Below, piece after piece: positions 33,911 through 43,862 of a stretch of DNA of 62,720 nucleotides (position 1 is its first letter; every line of letters begins with the position of its first letter). Below the pieces are notes generated by a model. That model searched no databases, had not been told where the DNA came from, and worked only from the letters and a program-made list of their open reading frames with translations. The translations under genes and the position numbers were made by a program. This DNA comes from Devosia sp. (lineage in GTDB: Bacteria; Pseudomonadota; Alphaproteobacteria; Rhizobiales; Devosiaceae). The stretch covers positions 1 through 62,720 of the forward strand of contig DASZSH010000088.1 in assembly GCA_035548755.1 (NCBI GenBank), read 5' to 3'.

Positions 33911-35023
33911 TCAAACGCCCAGACGGCCATTATGCACGCTGACGCGCTGGGCGCGATCGCCCAGGGCATCGAACAGCATGGGATCGGTGCCGGTCATAAG
34001 GGCCTGGGTTCCCAGCGCATCGACCGCCGCAAAGAGGGCGGCGCGCCGGCCGGGATCGAGATGCGCAGCGATTTCATCGAGCAAGAGGAAGGGCACGATG
34101 CCAGCGCGCGCTTTGACCAGCCGGGCGTGGGCGAGAACGAGACCCACCAGGAGCGCCTTCTGCTCGCCCGTCGAGCCCAGCGCGGCGGGCATCTGTTTTT
34201 GCGCGTAGAGCACATCGAGATCGACGCGATGCGGACCGTGCGTAGTGCGGCCAGCGGCGCGATCGAGCGGGCGCGACTGCCGCCAGAGCTCGCGCAGCTC
34301 GGCCTCGAGCTCGGCCGAGGATGCCGGAATGTGACGATCGTCAAAAAGCGGCGTCAGGGCGAGGGCTGCAGCAGGAAAGGCTCCGTCCTCGAGGCTCTCG
34401 GCAATACGCGCCTCGAGATGGGCCACGGCATCGGCGCGGGCGAAGTGAACCGCAGCAGCGTGCGCGGCCATCTCCGATTCGAGCGCGTCGAGCCAGCGTG
34501 GATCGGCGTTCTCCTCAAGGAGGCGGTTACGCTGGCGCGTTGCCTTCTCGTAATCGGCGACGGCGGAAGAGTGCGACGGCACGAGCGTGGTGACCAGACG
34601 ATCGAGGAAGCGGCGGCGTTCGGAGGCAGGGCCCGTGAAGAGGCCATCCATCGCCGGAGTAAGCCAGAGCAGGCGCAGATAGTCGCTCATCTCTTCGACC
34701 GAGCGGGCATTGGCGCCATTGATGCGCACCCGGCGGCCGCCATCCTCAGCAGCACCAGTGCCCAGATCGACCGGACCCTCGGGCGTTTCGACGGTGGCGG
34801 CGACTGCCCAGGGCTGATCGGAGGCCTGGTTGCCGAGCGTCTCGAAGGCGGCCCGCCGCAGGCCTCGCCCGGGGGACAGAAGCGACACGGCCTCGAGCAG
34901 ATTGGTCTTGCCAGCGCCATTGAGGCCGGTCAGCACGAGATGGCGGCCATCGAGATCGAGGGCCGCGGCCGCATAGTTGCGAAAGGCGGTAAGGCGAAGG
35001 CGGGAGATGTAGCGGGGCGGCAA
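33911..35023 (-). CDS. recF: DNA replication/repair protein RecF
   Basis: FRNY, NGAGKTN, STGEQK, LLDEIAAHLD. Confidence 0.95.
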   Translation of the reverse strand: MPPRYISRLRLTAFRNYAAAALDLDGRHLVLTGLNGAGKTNLLEAVSLLSPGRGLRRAAFETLGNQASDQPWAVAATVETPEGPVDLGTGAAEDGGRRVRINGANARSVEEMSDYLRLLWLTPAMDGLFTGPASERRRFLDRLVTTLVPSHSSAVADYEKATRQRNRLLEENADPRWLDALESEMAAHAAAVHFARADAVAHLEARIAESLEDGAFPAAALALTPLFDDRHIPASSAELEAELRELWRQSRPLDRAAGRTTHGPHRVDLDVLYAQKQMPAALGSTGEQKALLVGLVLAHARLVKARAGIVPFLLLDEIAAHLDPGRRAALFAAVDALGTQALMTGTDPMLFDALGDRAQRVSVHNGRLGV

Positions 35024-35026
35024 GCC

Positions 35027-35102
35027 GTGAATGGCGAATGGTGAATGGCGATTGGTTGCAAGGAGCGCTCAGCTCGCTTTACCAGTCACGATTGACCATT
35101 CG
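35027..35102. repeat. Heptamer tandem repeat with inverted copies
   Basis: GTGAATG-GCGAATG-GTGAATG-GCGATTG (35027-35054) faces CCAGTCA-CGATTGA-CCATTCG-C (35082-35102). Confidence 0.6.
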
Positions 35103-35109
35103 CTCCTCC

Positions 35110-36228
35110 CTAAACGCGCATCGGCATCAAAACGTAGAGCGCGTGGGCATCGCCATCTTCCTTGACCAGAGTGGGCGAGCCCGCATCGTTGAACAGGAAC
35201 ACCGCGTTGTCCGACTTTATCTGCGCGATGATGTCGAGCAGGTAGCGGGCGTTGAAGCCGATCTCGAAGGCGTCTGGCTCGAATTCGACGGCCACTTCCT
35301 CGGTGGCGGTGCCATGATCGGGGTTGGTGACCGACAGCTCGAGATTGCCGTCCTTGACGGAGAGCTTGACGGCCTTGCCGCCGCGATCGGAGGCGATGGT
35401 CGAAACGCGATCGACGGCGATGGCGAAGGAGCCCCGATCGACGGTGAGCTGCTTGTCGTTGTTCTTGGGGGTCACGCGTTCGTAGTCGGGGAAGGTACCC
35501 TCGATGAGCTTGCTGAGCAGCACCACGCCATCAAGCGTGAACCGGATCTTGGTGTCGGAGACTTCGACCGTGACATCGCCCTCGACGCCCTCGAGAAGCT
35601 TTTGCACCTCGCCGACGGTCTTTTTGGGAATGATGATGCCGGGCATGCCCTGGGCACCATCGGGCGCAGACGTTTCAGCCCGGGCCATGCGGTGGCCGTC
35701 TGTGGCCACAGCGCGCAGCACCATCTGCTTGTTCACCTCAAGCGTGTGCACATAAATGCCGTTGAGATAGTAGCGCGTCTCCTCGTTGGAGATGGCGAAC
35801 TGTGTGCGTTCGATAAGTTCGCGCAGCGTGGCGGCCGGCAGGGCGAACTGATGGCTGAAGGACCCCGACTTGAGATCGGGGAAGCTGTCGGGCGAAAGGC
35901 ACGCCAGGTGGAAGCGCGACCGGCCGGAGGTGAGCAGCATCTGCTCGCTGCCTTCGGTTTCGAGCCGCACCTCGGCGCCATCGGCGAGCTTGCGCACGAT
36001 CTCGTAGAGGGTGTGGGCAGGAACGGTGGTGGTGCCGGCGGTCGCCACCATTGCGGGCACGGACTCGGTCACTTCGATGTCGAGATCGGTCGCGCGCAGA
36101 TCGAGCTTGCCGTCGCCAGCCCGGATCAGGACATTGGCGAGGATGGGGTAGGTGTTGCGCCGCTCAACGACGCGATGGACGTGGCCCAGGGATTTGAGCA
36201 GAGCGTTACGCTCGAGTGTGACTTTCAT
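35110..36228 (-). CDS. dnaN: DNA polymerase III beta sliding clamp
   Basis: ATDL, ETRYYLNG, ATDGHR, FPDY, LMPMRV. Confidence 0.97.
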   Translation of the reverse strand: MKVTLERNALLKSLGHVHRVVERRNTYPILANVLIRAGDGKLDLRATDLDIEVTESVPAMVATAGTTTVPAHTLYEIVRKLADGAEVRLETEGSEQMLLTSGRSRFHLACLSPDSFPDLKSGSFSHQFALPAATLRELIERTQFAISNEETRYYLNGIYVHTLEVNKQMVLRAVATDGHRMARAETSAPDGAQGMPGIIIPKKTVGEVQKLLEGVEGDVTVEVSDTKIRFTLDGVVLLSKLIEGTFPDYERVTPKNNDKQLTVDRGSFAIAVDRVSTIASDRGGKAVKLSVKDGNLELSVTNPDHGTATEEVAVEFEPDAFEIGFNARYLLDIIAQIKSDNAVFLFNDAGSPTLVKEDGDAHALYVLMPMRV

Positions 36229-36366
36229 TTACGCGGGTCCCCCGCCCCCGGCAGGCGAAACCTCAGGAATTCCGGGCCCGCGACCTTGGCAATTCGGGCT
36301 CCAAAAGGCAAGCGCAACGGCCGGCGGGGCGCCGCTCCATCCACATTTCCCGTGCGCCGGCGACGC

Positions 36367-36591
36367 CTAGAGGCTGAGACGGTTGAGCGCCTCTTCGGCG
36401 CGCGCGAGCCGATCCTCGGCGGCCCGGTCGCGTTCCCGCAGGCGGTACATCATCTCGTGCCAGCGCGCCTCGGTTTCGGCGCCCGACAGTTCATTGCTCT
36501 CCGACGCGCCATCCCGCCTCAGATGGCGGACGGCCTTGCGCACTCGCAACACCAAACGCGGCAACACGCCCAACTCCCGACGCAACTTCAA
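36367..36591 (-). CDS. Small hypothetical coiled-coil protein between dnaA and dnaN
   Basis: 74-codon ORF on the operon strand with a helical charged C-terminus; TTG start and weak SD. Confidence 0.35.
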   Translation of the reverse strand: MKLRRELGVLPRLVLRVRKAVRHLRRDGASESNELSGAETEARWHEMMYRLRERDRAAEDRLARAEEALNRLSL

Positions 36592-36666
36592 CGCCCCGCG
36601 CCGGCCAGCGGTCGGCGCATGCTTTCACCGAGCGCAGGCTCGGCGTCCCGGATCGGGGTCCGGGGC

Positions 36667-36697
36667 GACCATCGCCCGCATCAGGCGGGCAATGGCC
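36667..36697 (-). terminator. Hairpin immediately after the dnaA stop
   Basis: GGCCATTGCCCGC-CTGAT-GCGGGCGATGGTC, a 13-bp stem with G-U pairs; no U tract. Confidence 0.45.
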
Positions 36698-36704
36698 GAT
36701 TCAC

Positions 36705-38204
36705 TCACTCCTCAAGCATCCGCTTGAGGAGTTCGATCTCCTGGCACAGGTCGCCATCGTCCTTCATCATCTGCTCGACCTTGCGCACGGAATGCAGAAC
36801 CGTGGTGTGGTCGCGACCGCCAAAGCGGCGCCCGATCTCGGGCAGCGACCGGGAGGTGAGTGATTTGGCAAGATACATGGCGATCTGGCGCGGCCGCACG
36901 ACGTCGCGCGAACGGCGCGAACTCAGAAGCTCGTTGCGCGGCACCTTGTAGTGGCGCGACACAATCCGAAGGATATCTTCGATGCGGACGCGGCGCGCCT
37001 CGCGCGCGCGTACCAGATCGGCCAGCGTGCGCTCGGCGAGCGTGACGCTGATGGGCTCCTGCGTCAGCTGGTTGGCGGCCACGAGCCGGTTGACCGCCCC
37101 ATCGAGATCGCGGCCGTGGCTGACGACGATGCGCGCGATGTAGTCGATCACCGCCGGCGGGAAGTGAACGCCGAAGCGAGCCTGCGCCTGCTCGGCGCGG
37201 CGCGTGACGATGGAGCGCCGCAGATCGAGATCGAAGCCCCCGATGGGGACGACGAGGCCGCCCGACAGACGCGAGCGCACGCGCTCGTCGAGCATTTCGA
37301 GATCGCGCGGCGGGGCGTCGCCCGCCACCACCACCTGCTTGGCGCCAGTAAGCAGCGTGCTGAGGGTGTGGCCGAACTCGGTTGCCGACTTGCCCTGCAG
37401 AAACTGCATGTCGTCGATGAGCAGCAGATCGACGCGCCGGAGCCAATCCTTGAGGGCGATCGCCGACTGCCGCTGCACCGCGGTGATGAAATGATACATG
37501 AAGTGATCGGCTGTAAGATAGACGATGTTGCGGCCCGGCTCTGCCGCCCCGGCAGCCCAGGCGATGGCATTGAGCAGATGCGATTTTCCCAGACCGACGG
37601 TCGAATGGATGTAAACGGGGTTGAAGCTCACGGTGCCGTTGAGCGCGGCGCTCGCCACCTGCCTGGCAATGCCCAGAGCGATCTCGTTTGACGGGCCCGC
37701 CACGAAGCTCTCGAACGTCATTTTAGGATCGAGAGCGCTGCCCGAAAGCGCGTCGCCGCGCGGCTGCGGCGCGTCGCGATGCGGCTTGAGCGAGGCGGGC
37801 GCCGGCTCGGCTTCCGCTTCAGGCTGCGCTTCGACTGGCGGATTGAGGCGCGGGCGCGCCTGCCCGTTCACGCGGACGGTAAAATGCAGACGCTTGACGT
37901 GCGGAGTTTCGGATTTGAAGGTTTCGAGGATCTTCTCGGCGTAGTTGGACTGTATCCAGGAGCACAGGAACCGCGTCGGCACGCTCAGATGGGCCTTGTC
38001 GTCGACAATTTCCTCAAGCTCGAGACGGGCGAACCAGGAGTTGAAGACATCCTCGCCTACGGCGGCCCGCAGACGCGCCCGCACCCGCTGGAACACCTCC
38101 GCCTCGGAGCGGCCATCGGGGGTCAGCGGCGACCGGTCGCCGGCCGGCTGTCCCTCATCGCCATTGTCGAAAGTTTTGCGCGCACCGCTCGCACCAGCCG
38201 CCAT
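36705..38204 (-). CDS. dnaA: Chromosomal replication initiator DnaA
   Basis: FNPVYIHSTVGLGKSHL, LLIDD, RSRL, GGRDHTTVLH. Confidence 0.97.
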   Translation of the reverse strand: MAAGASGARKTFDNGDEGQPAGDRSPLTPDGRSEAEVFQRVRARLRAAVGEDVFNSWFARLELEEIVDDKAHLSVPTRFLCSWIQSNYAEKILETFKSETPHVKRLHFTVRVNGQARPRLNPPVEAQPEAEAEPAPASLKPHRDAPQPRGDALSGSALDPKMTFESFVAGPSNEIALGIARQVASAALNGTVSFNPVYIHSTVGLGKSHLLNAIAWAAGAAEPGRNIVYLTADHFMYHFITAVQRQSAIALKDWLRRVDLLLIDDMQFLQGKSATEFGHTLSTLLTGAKQVVVAGDAPPRDLEMLDERVRSRLSGGLVVPIGGFDLDLRRSIVTRRAEQAQARFGVHFPPAVIDYIARIVVSHGRDLDGAVNRLVAANQLTQEPISVTLAERTLADLVRAREARRVRIEDILRIVSRHYKVPRNELLSSRRSRDVVRPRQIAMYLAKSLTSRSLPEIGRRFGGRDHTTVLHSVRKVEQMMKDDGDLCQEIELLKRMLEE

Positions 38205-38862
38205 TGCCTACCTGCCCCGCTCGCCGATAGGAGCCCTTTCTGGGCTCTCTCACTCTTGTCGTTCCGCCTGCCCTTCAGGCAGACAAATCCCCAACCCAGC
38301 CGCACAAGGTGGGCGGCCTGGCCGTACTCGTTGCTACTTTGACACCGGGGAGAGACGCCCCGGCTCGCCATTATCTCTTACGCCTACGCAAGACGATAAA
38401 CGTACCCACCCAAAACTCGCCGCACCGGATGGAACCATCGAACCTGGCACATGCGATCCCAACGCTCGCAAGTGGTCGCTTCGACTGCATCACACACTCA
38501 TTGGTCTTTGAAAAAACGGCGGCGGGAGAGCCCCCGTTCCTCATCAACGAAGCCATCTTAGTCAGCCGCATTTTGGCCCGCAACCGACTCTTTTCGCTGC
38601 GCGGGGCTTGACATGGGCGGGCGCTTGCGAGCCCCGAAAAATGTTTCTTGCGAGCCTGGTCACGTCAGTCAAAACCAAGGGCCTGTGACTCAAAGATGAA
38701 TCTCGAAAGGCTTCAACAATGAGAACGCCGTTCCAGATTTCTGGCAAGGGCCACTATCGGAAAGATTCATCCAGCGCAGCGGCCGACAGGCCCGGAAACA
38801 CACGCGATTCCGGATGGGCCGTTTGTGTCGCAGAACTGCCACACTACAAGATCGCGGGTACG

Positions 38863-38883
38863 AAAAAGGGCCCCGCAGGGCCC
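38863..38883 (-). terminator. Intrinsic terminator of rpsT
   Basis: GGGCCC-TGCG-GGGCCC-TTTTT on the minus strand. Confidence 0.7.
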
Positions 38884-38914
38884 ATGGGATTTCCCTCGTC
38901 GGGAGTTTTGCGGA

Positions 38915-39181
38915 TCAGGCCTTGAGGGCCTTCACGCGCGCATTGAGACGGCTCACCTTCCGCGCGGCGACATTGGCATGGACGATGCCCTTCTGCGCCG
39001 AGCGCGCGATCTCGGGCTCGGCCGCCTTCAGCGCCGCCATCGCCTCCTCGTGCTTGCCGCCGGCGATGGCTTCCTCGACCTTGCGGATGAAGGTGCGCAT
39101 GCGCGAACGGCGCGACTTGTTGATCTCGGTGCGCGCCGCGATCTTGCGGGTCGACTTCTTTGCCGAGGCCGTATTTGCCAT
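38915..39181 (-). CDS. rpsT: 30S ribosomal protein S20
   Basis: MANTASAKK...RRSRMRTF...[16 protein letters not shown]. Confidence 0.97.
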   Translation of the reverse strand: MANTASAKKSTRKIAARTEINKSRRSRMRTFIRKVEEAIAGGKHEEAMAALKAAEPEIARSAQKGIVHANVAARKVSRLNARVKALKA

Positions 39182-39283
39182 CTCAGTCCTCTTTGTCCGG
39201 CAAGATCGGCGCCGCGTGGGATGCCAGAATTGCCGGAGGTGAAAATGAAAGCGGCGGCACCGGGCCGCCTGAAGCTCGCGGGT

Positions 39284-39312
39284 GTATAGTGTCACGGAGC
39301 CGCCCCGTCAAC
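39284..39312 (-). promoter_or_regulatory. Putative sigma70 promoter of rpsT
   Basis: GTTGAC-N17-CTATAC. Confidence 0.7.
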
Positions 39313-39338
39313 CCGGATTCGGGCGCGCCGCGGGGGCC

Positions 39339-40223
39339 TCAGGGCTTCTGGCAGGCGGGGCAATAGTAGGTCGAGCGGCCGGACTGCACGATCCGCCGGA
39401 TGATGCCCGGACAGCCTGGGGTGTGGCAGGGCTCGCCCTCGCGGTCGTAGACGTCGAAGCGGTGCTGGAAATAGCCCGCCTCCCCCTGGGCGGAACGGAA
39501 ATCCCTAAGCGTGGATCCGCCTGCCTCGACGGCTTCGGTCAGGACCGAGCGCACGCCCTCGGCGAGCAGCTCCAGGCGGGGGCCCGGCTGGCCCGACCGA
39601 AGGACGAGCTTTCTCGCGGGGACGGTGGGGCGAATATGGGCGCGCCAGAGGGCCTCGCTGACATAGATGTTGCCCAGGCCGGCCACCACGCGCTGATCGA
39701 GGAGTGCGGCCTTGATAGGGGCCGACTTGCCCCGGAAGCGCCCGGCCATTTCCTCGGCGTTGAATGCGTTGGAGAGCGGCTCGGGCCCGAGCCCGGCAAG
39801 GTAGGGGGTGTCTTCTTCGCGCTCGAAGAGATCCATGAAGCCGAAGCGGCGGGCATCGGAGTAAACGAGGGTCATGTGTCCGCGCTGCGGATGGCTGAGC
39901 TCGACGACCACGTGGTCGTGCCGGCCATTCTCGCCGGGTTCGTAGTAGCGCGAGGGCTCCTTGAAGCGGAAATCGGCAAAGCGGAACGACCCGGTCATGC
40001 CCAGATGGCTGAGCCAGATCCTGCCGGAGCCGAGCCGGAAAAGCAGGTATTTGGCGCGGCGGCCGACGGAGGCGACGGTCTGACCCTCAAGCGCTCTGGC
40101 GAAGCCCTTGGGGAAGGGAAAGCGCAGGTCCTGGCGGTTGAGCCTCACCTTGTCGATGCGCGCCCCCTCCAGATAGGGCGCAAGGCCGCGCCGTACGGTT
40201 TCCACTTCTGGCAGTTCGGGCAC
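39339..40223 (-). CDS. mutM: Formamidopyrimidine-DNA glycosylase
   Basis: GTG start followed by PELPEVE; HLGMTG, GLGNIY, C-terminal zinc finger. Confidence 0.96.
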   Translation of the reverse strand: MPELPEVETVRRGLAPYLEGARIDKVRLNRQDLRFPFPKGFARALEGQTVASVGRRAKYLLFRLGSGRIWLSHLGMTGSFRFADFRFKEPSRYYEPGENGRHDHVVVELSHPQRGHMTLVYSDARRFGFMDLFEREEDTPYLAGLGPEPLSNAFNAEEMAGRFRGKSAPIKAALLDQRVVAGLGNIYVSEALWRAHIRPTVPARKLVLRSGQPGPRLELLAEGVRSVLTEAVEAGGSTLRDFRSAQGEAGYFQHRFDVYDREGEPCHTPGCPGIIRRIVQSGRSTYYCPACQKP

Positions 40224-40316
40224 TGGACCTTCTCTTAAGACTGCGCGGCTGAGGACAATTCCAACCCGGGCGATGCTTCTATATAGACACGGGCGCAGAG
40301 ACAAAGGCTGACAGCA

Positions 40317-41072
40317 ATGGCTGAAACCACGCATTTCGGCGAACGCACGGTGCCGCTCGAGGCCAAGCAGGGCCTCGTCAACGAGGTGTTTCACACCGTG
40401 GCGGGGCGCTACGACCTGATGAACGACCTCATGAGCGGAGGCGTGCACCGGCTGTGGAAGGATGCACTGGTGGCGCGCCTGGCGCCGCCCAGGACGGGAC
40501 GCCTGCCGTATCGGGTGCTCGACATGGCCGGCGGCACGGGCGATATCGCCCAGCGCATCCTCGATGCCTCGGCGGGATATGCAGAGGTCACAGTCGCCGA
40601 TATCAACTCCGACATGCTGAAGGTTGGGGCGGAGCGGGCGCGCCGCTGGCGCTTCGGCACGCAGGCCAAGTTCGTGGAGGCGAACGCCGAAGCCCTGCCG
40701 TTCGAGGACGAGAGCTTCGACGCCTATACGATCGCCTTCGGCATCCGCAACGTGCCGCGCATCGAGCTGGCGCTGGGGGAGGCCTTCCGCGTGCTCAAGC
40801 GCGGCGGACGCTTCCTGTGCCTCGAATTCTCGGTGGTGGACGTGCCGCTTTTCGACCGGCTCTACAAGGAATGGAGCGACCGGGTGATCCCGCCGATGGG
40901 CGGGCTGGTGACAGGCGAGCGCGAGCCCTACCAGTATCTCATCGAATCGATCCGCAAGTTCCCCCCGCCCGGCCGCTTCAGCGGCATGATCGAGCAGGCC
41001 GGATTCAAGCGTGTCACGCACACGGCCATGTCGGGCAACATCGCGGCGCTGCACGCGGCGTGGAAGCTGTGA
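40317..41072 (+). CDS. ubiE: Ubiquinone/menaquinone C-methyltransferase
   Basis: [32 protein letters not shown]. Confidence 0.95.
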   Translation: MAETTHFGERTVPLEAKQGLVNEVFHTVAGRYDLMNDLMSGGVHRLWKDALVARLAPPRTGRLPYRVLDMAGGTGDIAQRILDASAGYAEVTVADINSDMLKVGAERARRWRFGTQAKFVEANAEALPFEDESFDAYTIAFGIRNVPRIELALGEAFRVLKRGGRFLCLEFSVVDVPLFDRLYKEWSDRVIPPMGGLVTGEREPYQYLIESIRKFPPPGRFSGMIEQAGFKRVTHTAMSGNIAALHAAWKL

Positions 41073-41112
41073 GTCCCACCGGATCGAGGGTCCACGCCGA
41101 AACGGTGGAGCC

Positions 41113-42648
41113 ATGACCATCGCCTCGACCTTCCGCCTCCTGCGGGCCGGCATCGTGCTGGCGCGCGAGGGGGCCTTCTCTATCGTGGATACCGCAGCCC
41201 TGCCGCCGGTGATGAAGACCGGCGTGCGGATGGGGCGGCTGATCGAGCGCTCCGACGTCAAGCGCAAGGGGCCGGCCGAGCGATTTCGCGTGGCCCTCGA
41301 CCGGCTGGGGCCGACCTATGTGAAGCTCGGCCAGACCTTCGCGACGCGGCCCGATATCGTGGGCTCGCAAATTGCCGCGAACCTTGCCGAGCTGCAGGAC
41401 AAGATGGCGCCGTTCGACCCGGCGCTGGTGCCGGGGCTCCTGCGCGAGGCGCTGCGCGAAAAGGCCAGCGAGATTACCGACATTTCGCCTCCGATCGCGG
41501 CGGCCTCGATCGCGCAGGTGCATCGGGCGGCCGTGGTCGACAAGAACGGCCGGCGCGACGTGGCCGTGAAGATATTGCGGCCGGGAATCAAGGAGCGATT
41601 TCGGGCCGATCTCGAGAGCTACTATTCGGGCGCGGCGCTGGCGGAACGCTGGGTGCCCTCGCTCAGGCGGCTCAGGCCCACCGACGTGGTCAGGACGCTG
41701 GACCGTTCGGCGCGGCTCGAGCTCGATCTGCGGCTCGAGGCCGCCTCGATCTCGGAGATGGCCGAGAACATCAAGGACGACGAAGGCTTCATCCTGCCCG
41801 AGGTCGACTGGGACCACACGGCGGAGACGGTGCTTACGACGAGCTGGGTGGAGGGCATCCCCATCCGCGACTTCGCCGCGATCGAGGCGGCGGGGCTCGA
41901 CCGGCGCGAACTTTCGCGGCTGCTGCTGCAGGCATTTCTCCGGCACGCCATCCGCGACGGATTCTTTCATGCTGACATGCATCCGGGAAACCTGTTCGCC
42001 GATCGCAGGGGGCGCGGCATCATCGCTGTCGACTTCGGCATCATGGGGCGGATCAGCCGGCGCGAGCGGCGGTTCCTCGCCGACATCCTCTACGGGTTCA
42101 TCACCCGCGATTACCGGATGATTGCGCAGCGGCACTTCGACATCGGCTATGTGCCCAAGCACCAATCGGTCGACGATTTCGCCCTTGCGCTGCGCTCGAT
42201 CGGCGAGCCGCTCCAGGGCCGCACGGCCAACGAGATCTCGATGGCGCGCGTGCTGGGGCAGCTGTTTGCGACGACTGAGCTGTTCGACATGCAGACGCGG
42301 CCCGAACTGGTGCTGCTGCAAAAATCCATGGTGCTGGTGGAGGGGGTTTCGCGCTCGCTCGACCCCGACCTCAACATCTGGACGGTGGCCGAGCCGGTGG
42401 TGGGCGACTTCGTTCGGCGCGAGGCCGGCCCGATCGGCCGGCTCGAAGACATCCGCGACAATGTGGAGGTCGCCGCCGCAACCGTGGCCAAGCTGCCTGG
42501 GCTCATCAACCGGGCGGAGGCGGCGCTGGACGACTACGACGCCGACCGGCGCTCGCCGCAGCGGCAGACGACACGGCGCATGATGGTCGTGGCCTTCTGG
42601 GTGCTGGTGGTGATTGCCGCTGCGGTGGTGATCCGCCTCTTCCGCTGA
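41113..42648 (+). CDS. ubiB: Ubiquinone biosynthesis kinase-like protein UbiB
   Basis: LGPTYVKLGQ, AAASIAQVH, FFHADMHPGN, DFG. Confidence 0.94.
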   Translation: MTIASTFRLLRAGIVLAREGAFSIVDTAALPPVMKTGVRMGRLIERSDVKRKGPAERFRVALDRLGPTYVKLGQTFATRPDIVGSQIAANLAELQDKMAPFDPALVPGLLREALREKASEITDISPPIAAASIAQVHRAAVVDKNGRRDVAVKILRPGIKERFRADLESYYSGAALAERWVPSLRRLRPTDVVRTLDRSARLELDLRLEAASISEMAENIKDDEGFILPEVDWDHTAETVLTTSWVEGIPIRDFAAIEAAGLDRRELSRLLLQAFLRHAIRDGFFHADMHPGNLFADRRGRGIIAVDFGIMGRISRRERRFLADILYGFITRDYRMIAQRHFDIGYVPKHQSVDDFALALRSIGEPLQGRTANEISMARVLGQLFATTELFDMQTRPELVLLQKSMVLVEGVSRSLDPDLNIWTVAEPVVGDFVRREAGPIGRLEDIRDNVEVAAATVAKLPGLINRAEAALDDYDADRRSPQRQTTRRMMVVAFWVLVVIAAAVVIRLFR

Positions 42649-42763
42649 TGTTCAGCATGCGTTCATGCAGGCGCTCCTACGCCTGTGGCCGCGCTTGCGG
42701 CCTAGGGGGGCCGCCCGATAGACTGGCGCCATTCCGGCGGGGCGCGCAACAGAGGGCACTCAG

Positions 42764-43363
42764 ATGAAAATCGCAACTGTCGGCCGCATCGTCGGCGTGG
42801 TCGCGCTGACGATGGGCCTTGCCGCCTGCGTCGACATGACCGAAGAGCTCAATGTCACCTCGGAGACGACCGCCAAGGCGACGATGACGATGACCATGGG
42901 CTCGGACATCTATGCCATGGTCAAGGCCGCCGATACCTCCAATAGCAAGACCGAAGACAAGTTCTGCGCCAAGGAAGGCGAGCAGCTCACCGAGAATTCG
43001 GACGGCAGCGCCACCTGCGTGGCAAGCAGCGAAGGCACGTTCGACGAGCTCAAGTTCGATGAGGGCGACAGCAAGCCGACCTTCACGGTGGTTTCGCCTG
43101 GCGTGGTGCGCGTCGCGTTCCCGACCAAGGGAATGGCCGGCGATCTGGGCAAGGATTCCGACCCCCAGACCACGGCGATGATGAAGCAGATGTTCGACGG
43201 GCACTTCCTGACGCTGCGCATCGGCGGCAAACAGGTGACCGACAGCAATCTCACGGTCAGCGACGACAAGACCAGCGCTGAGATCAAGATTCCGTTCCTC
43301 GATCTCATCAATGGCACGGCGCAGCTCCCCGAAGAGCTCTACGCCGTGGTCAACACCAACTAG
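42764..43363 (+). CDS. Hypothetical lipoprotein
   Basis: Lipobox LAAC after a signal peptide; two further Cys; coding-like codon usage. Confidence 0.8.
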   Translation: MKIATVGRIVGVVALTMGLAACVDMTEELNVTSETTAKATMTMTMGSDIYAMVKAADTSNSKTEDKFCAKEGEQLTENSDGSATCVASSEGTFDELKFDEGDSKPTFTVVSPGVVRVAFPTKGMAGDLGKDSDPQTTAMMKQMFDGHFLTLRIGGKQVTDSNLTVSDDKTSAEIKIPFLDLINGTAQLPEELYAVVNTN

Positions 43364-43371
43364 GATCGAGG

Positions 43372-43830
43372 GTGCCCGGCCGGATCGACATCGCGCTCAG
43401 CTGGTTCGATCACGGCCGGGGCCTGGCGCTGCCCGCGCAGCACAGCCCCGGCGCTGCAGGGCTCGACCTCAGAGCCGCACTGGGCGAAGGCGAGACCGTG
43501 CGGCTGATGCCGGGCAAGCGGGCCACCATTCCGTGCGGCTTTGCGATCGCCCTGCCAGAGGGACACGAGGCGCAGATCAGGCCGCGCTCGGGCCTGGCGA
43601 ACCGGCACGGGGTCACGGTGCTCAACTCGCCGGGCACCATCGATGCGGACTATCGCGGCGAGATCATGGTGATCCTCATCAATCTGGGCGAGGAACCGTT
43701 CGAGATCCAGCGGGGCGACCGGATCGCGCAGATGGTGGTCTCGCCCGTCTCGGCGGCGGCCTTCTTCGAGATGGACATCCTCGATGATACGGAGCGCGGC
43801 CCATCCGGCTTCGGCTCGACCGGCCGCTAG
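43372..43830 (+). CDS. dut: dUTP diphosphatase
   Basis: [32 protein letters not shown]. Confidence 0.95.
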   Translation: MPGRIDIALSWFDHGRGLALPAQHSPGAAGLDLRAALGEGETVRLMPGKRATIPCGFAIALPEGHEAQIRPRSGLANRHGVTVLNSPGTIDADYRGEIMVILINLGEEPFEIQRGDRIAQMVVSPVSAAAFFEMDILDDTERGPSGFGSTGR

Positions 43831-43862
43831 CGGCGCCAGGGGCTTGGGAGTAAGAGCGGGGC

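Noticed and set aside
38123-38583. Short ORFs upstream of dnaA (38371-38583 and 38123-38371, minus strand)
   Set aside because: Atypical codon usage, no SD and no recognisable motif; treated as leader sequence.
38205-38914. Replication origin (oriC) next to dnaA
   Set aside because: I found no cluster of TTATCCACA/TGATCCACA boxes and no clear AT-rich unwinding element. In many alphaproteobacteria oriC lies near hemE instead.
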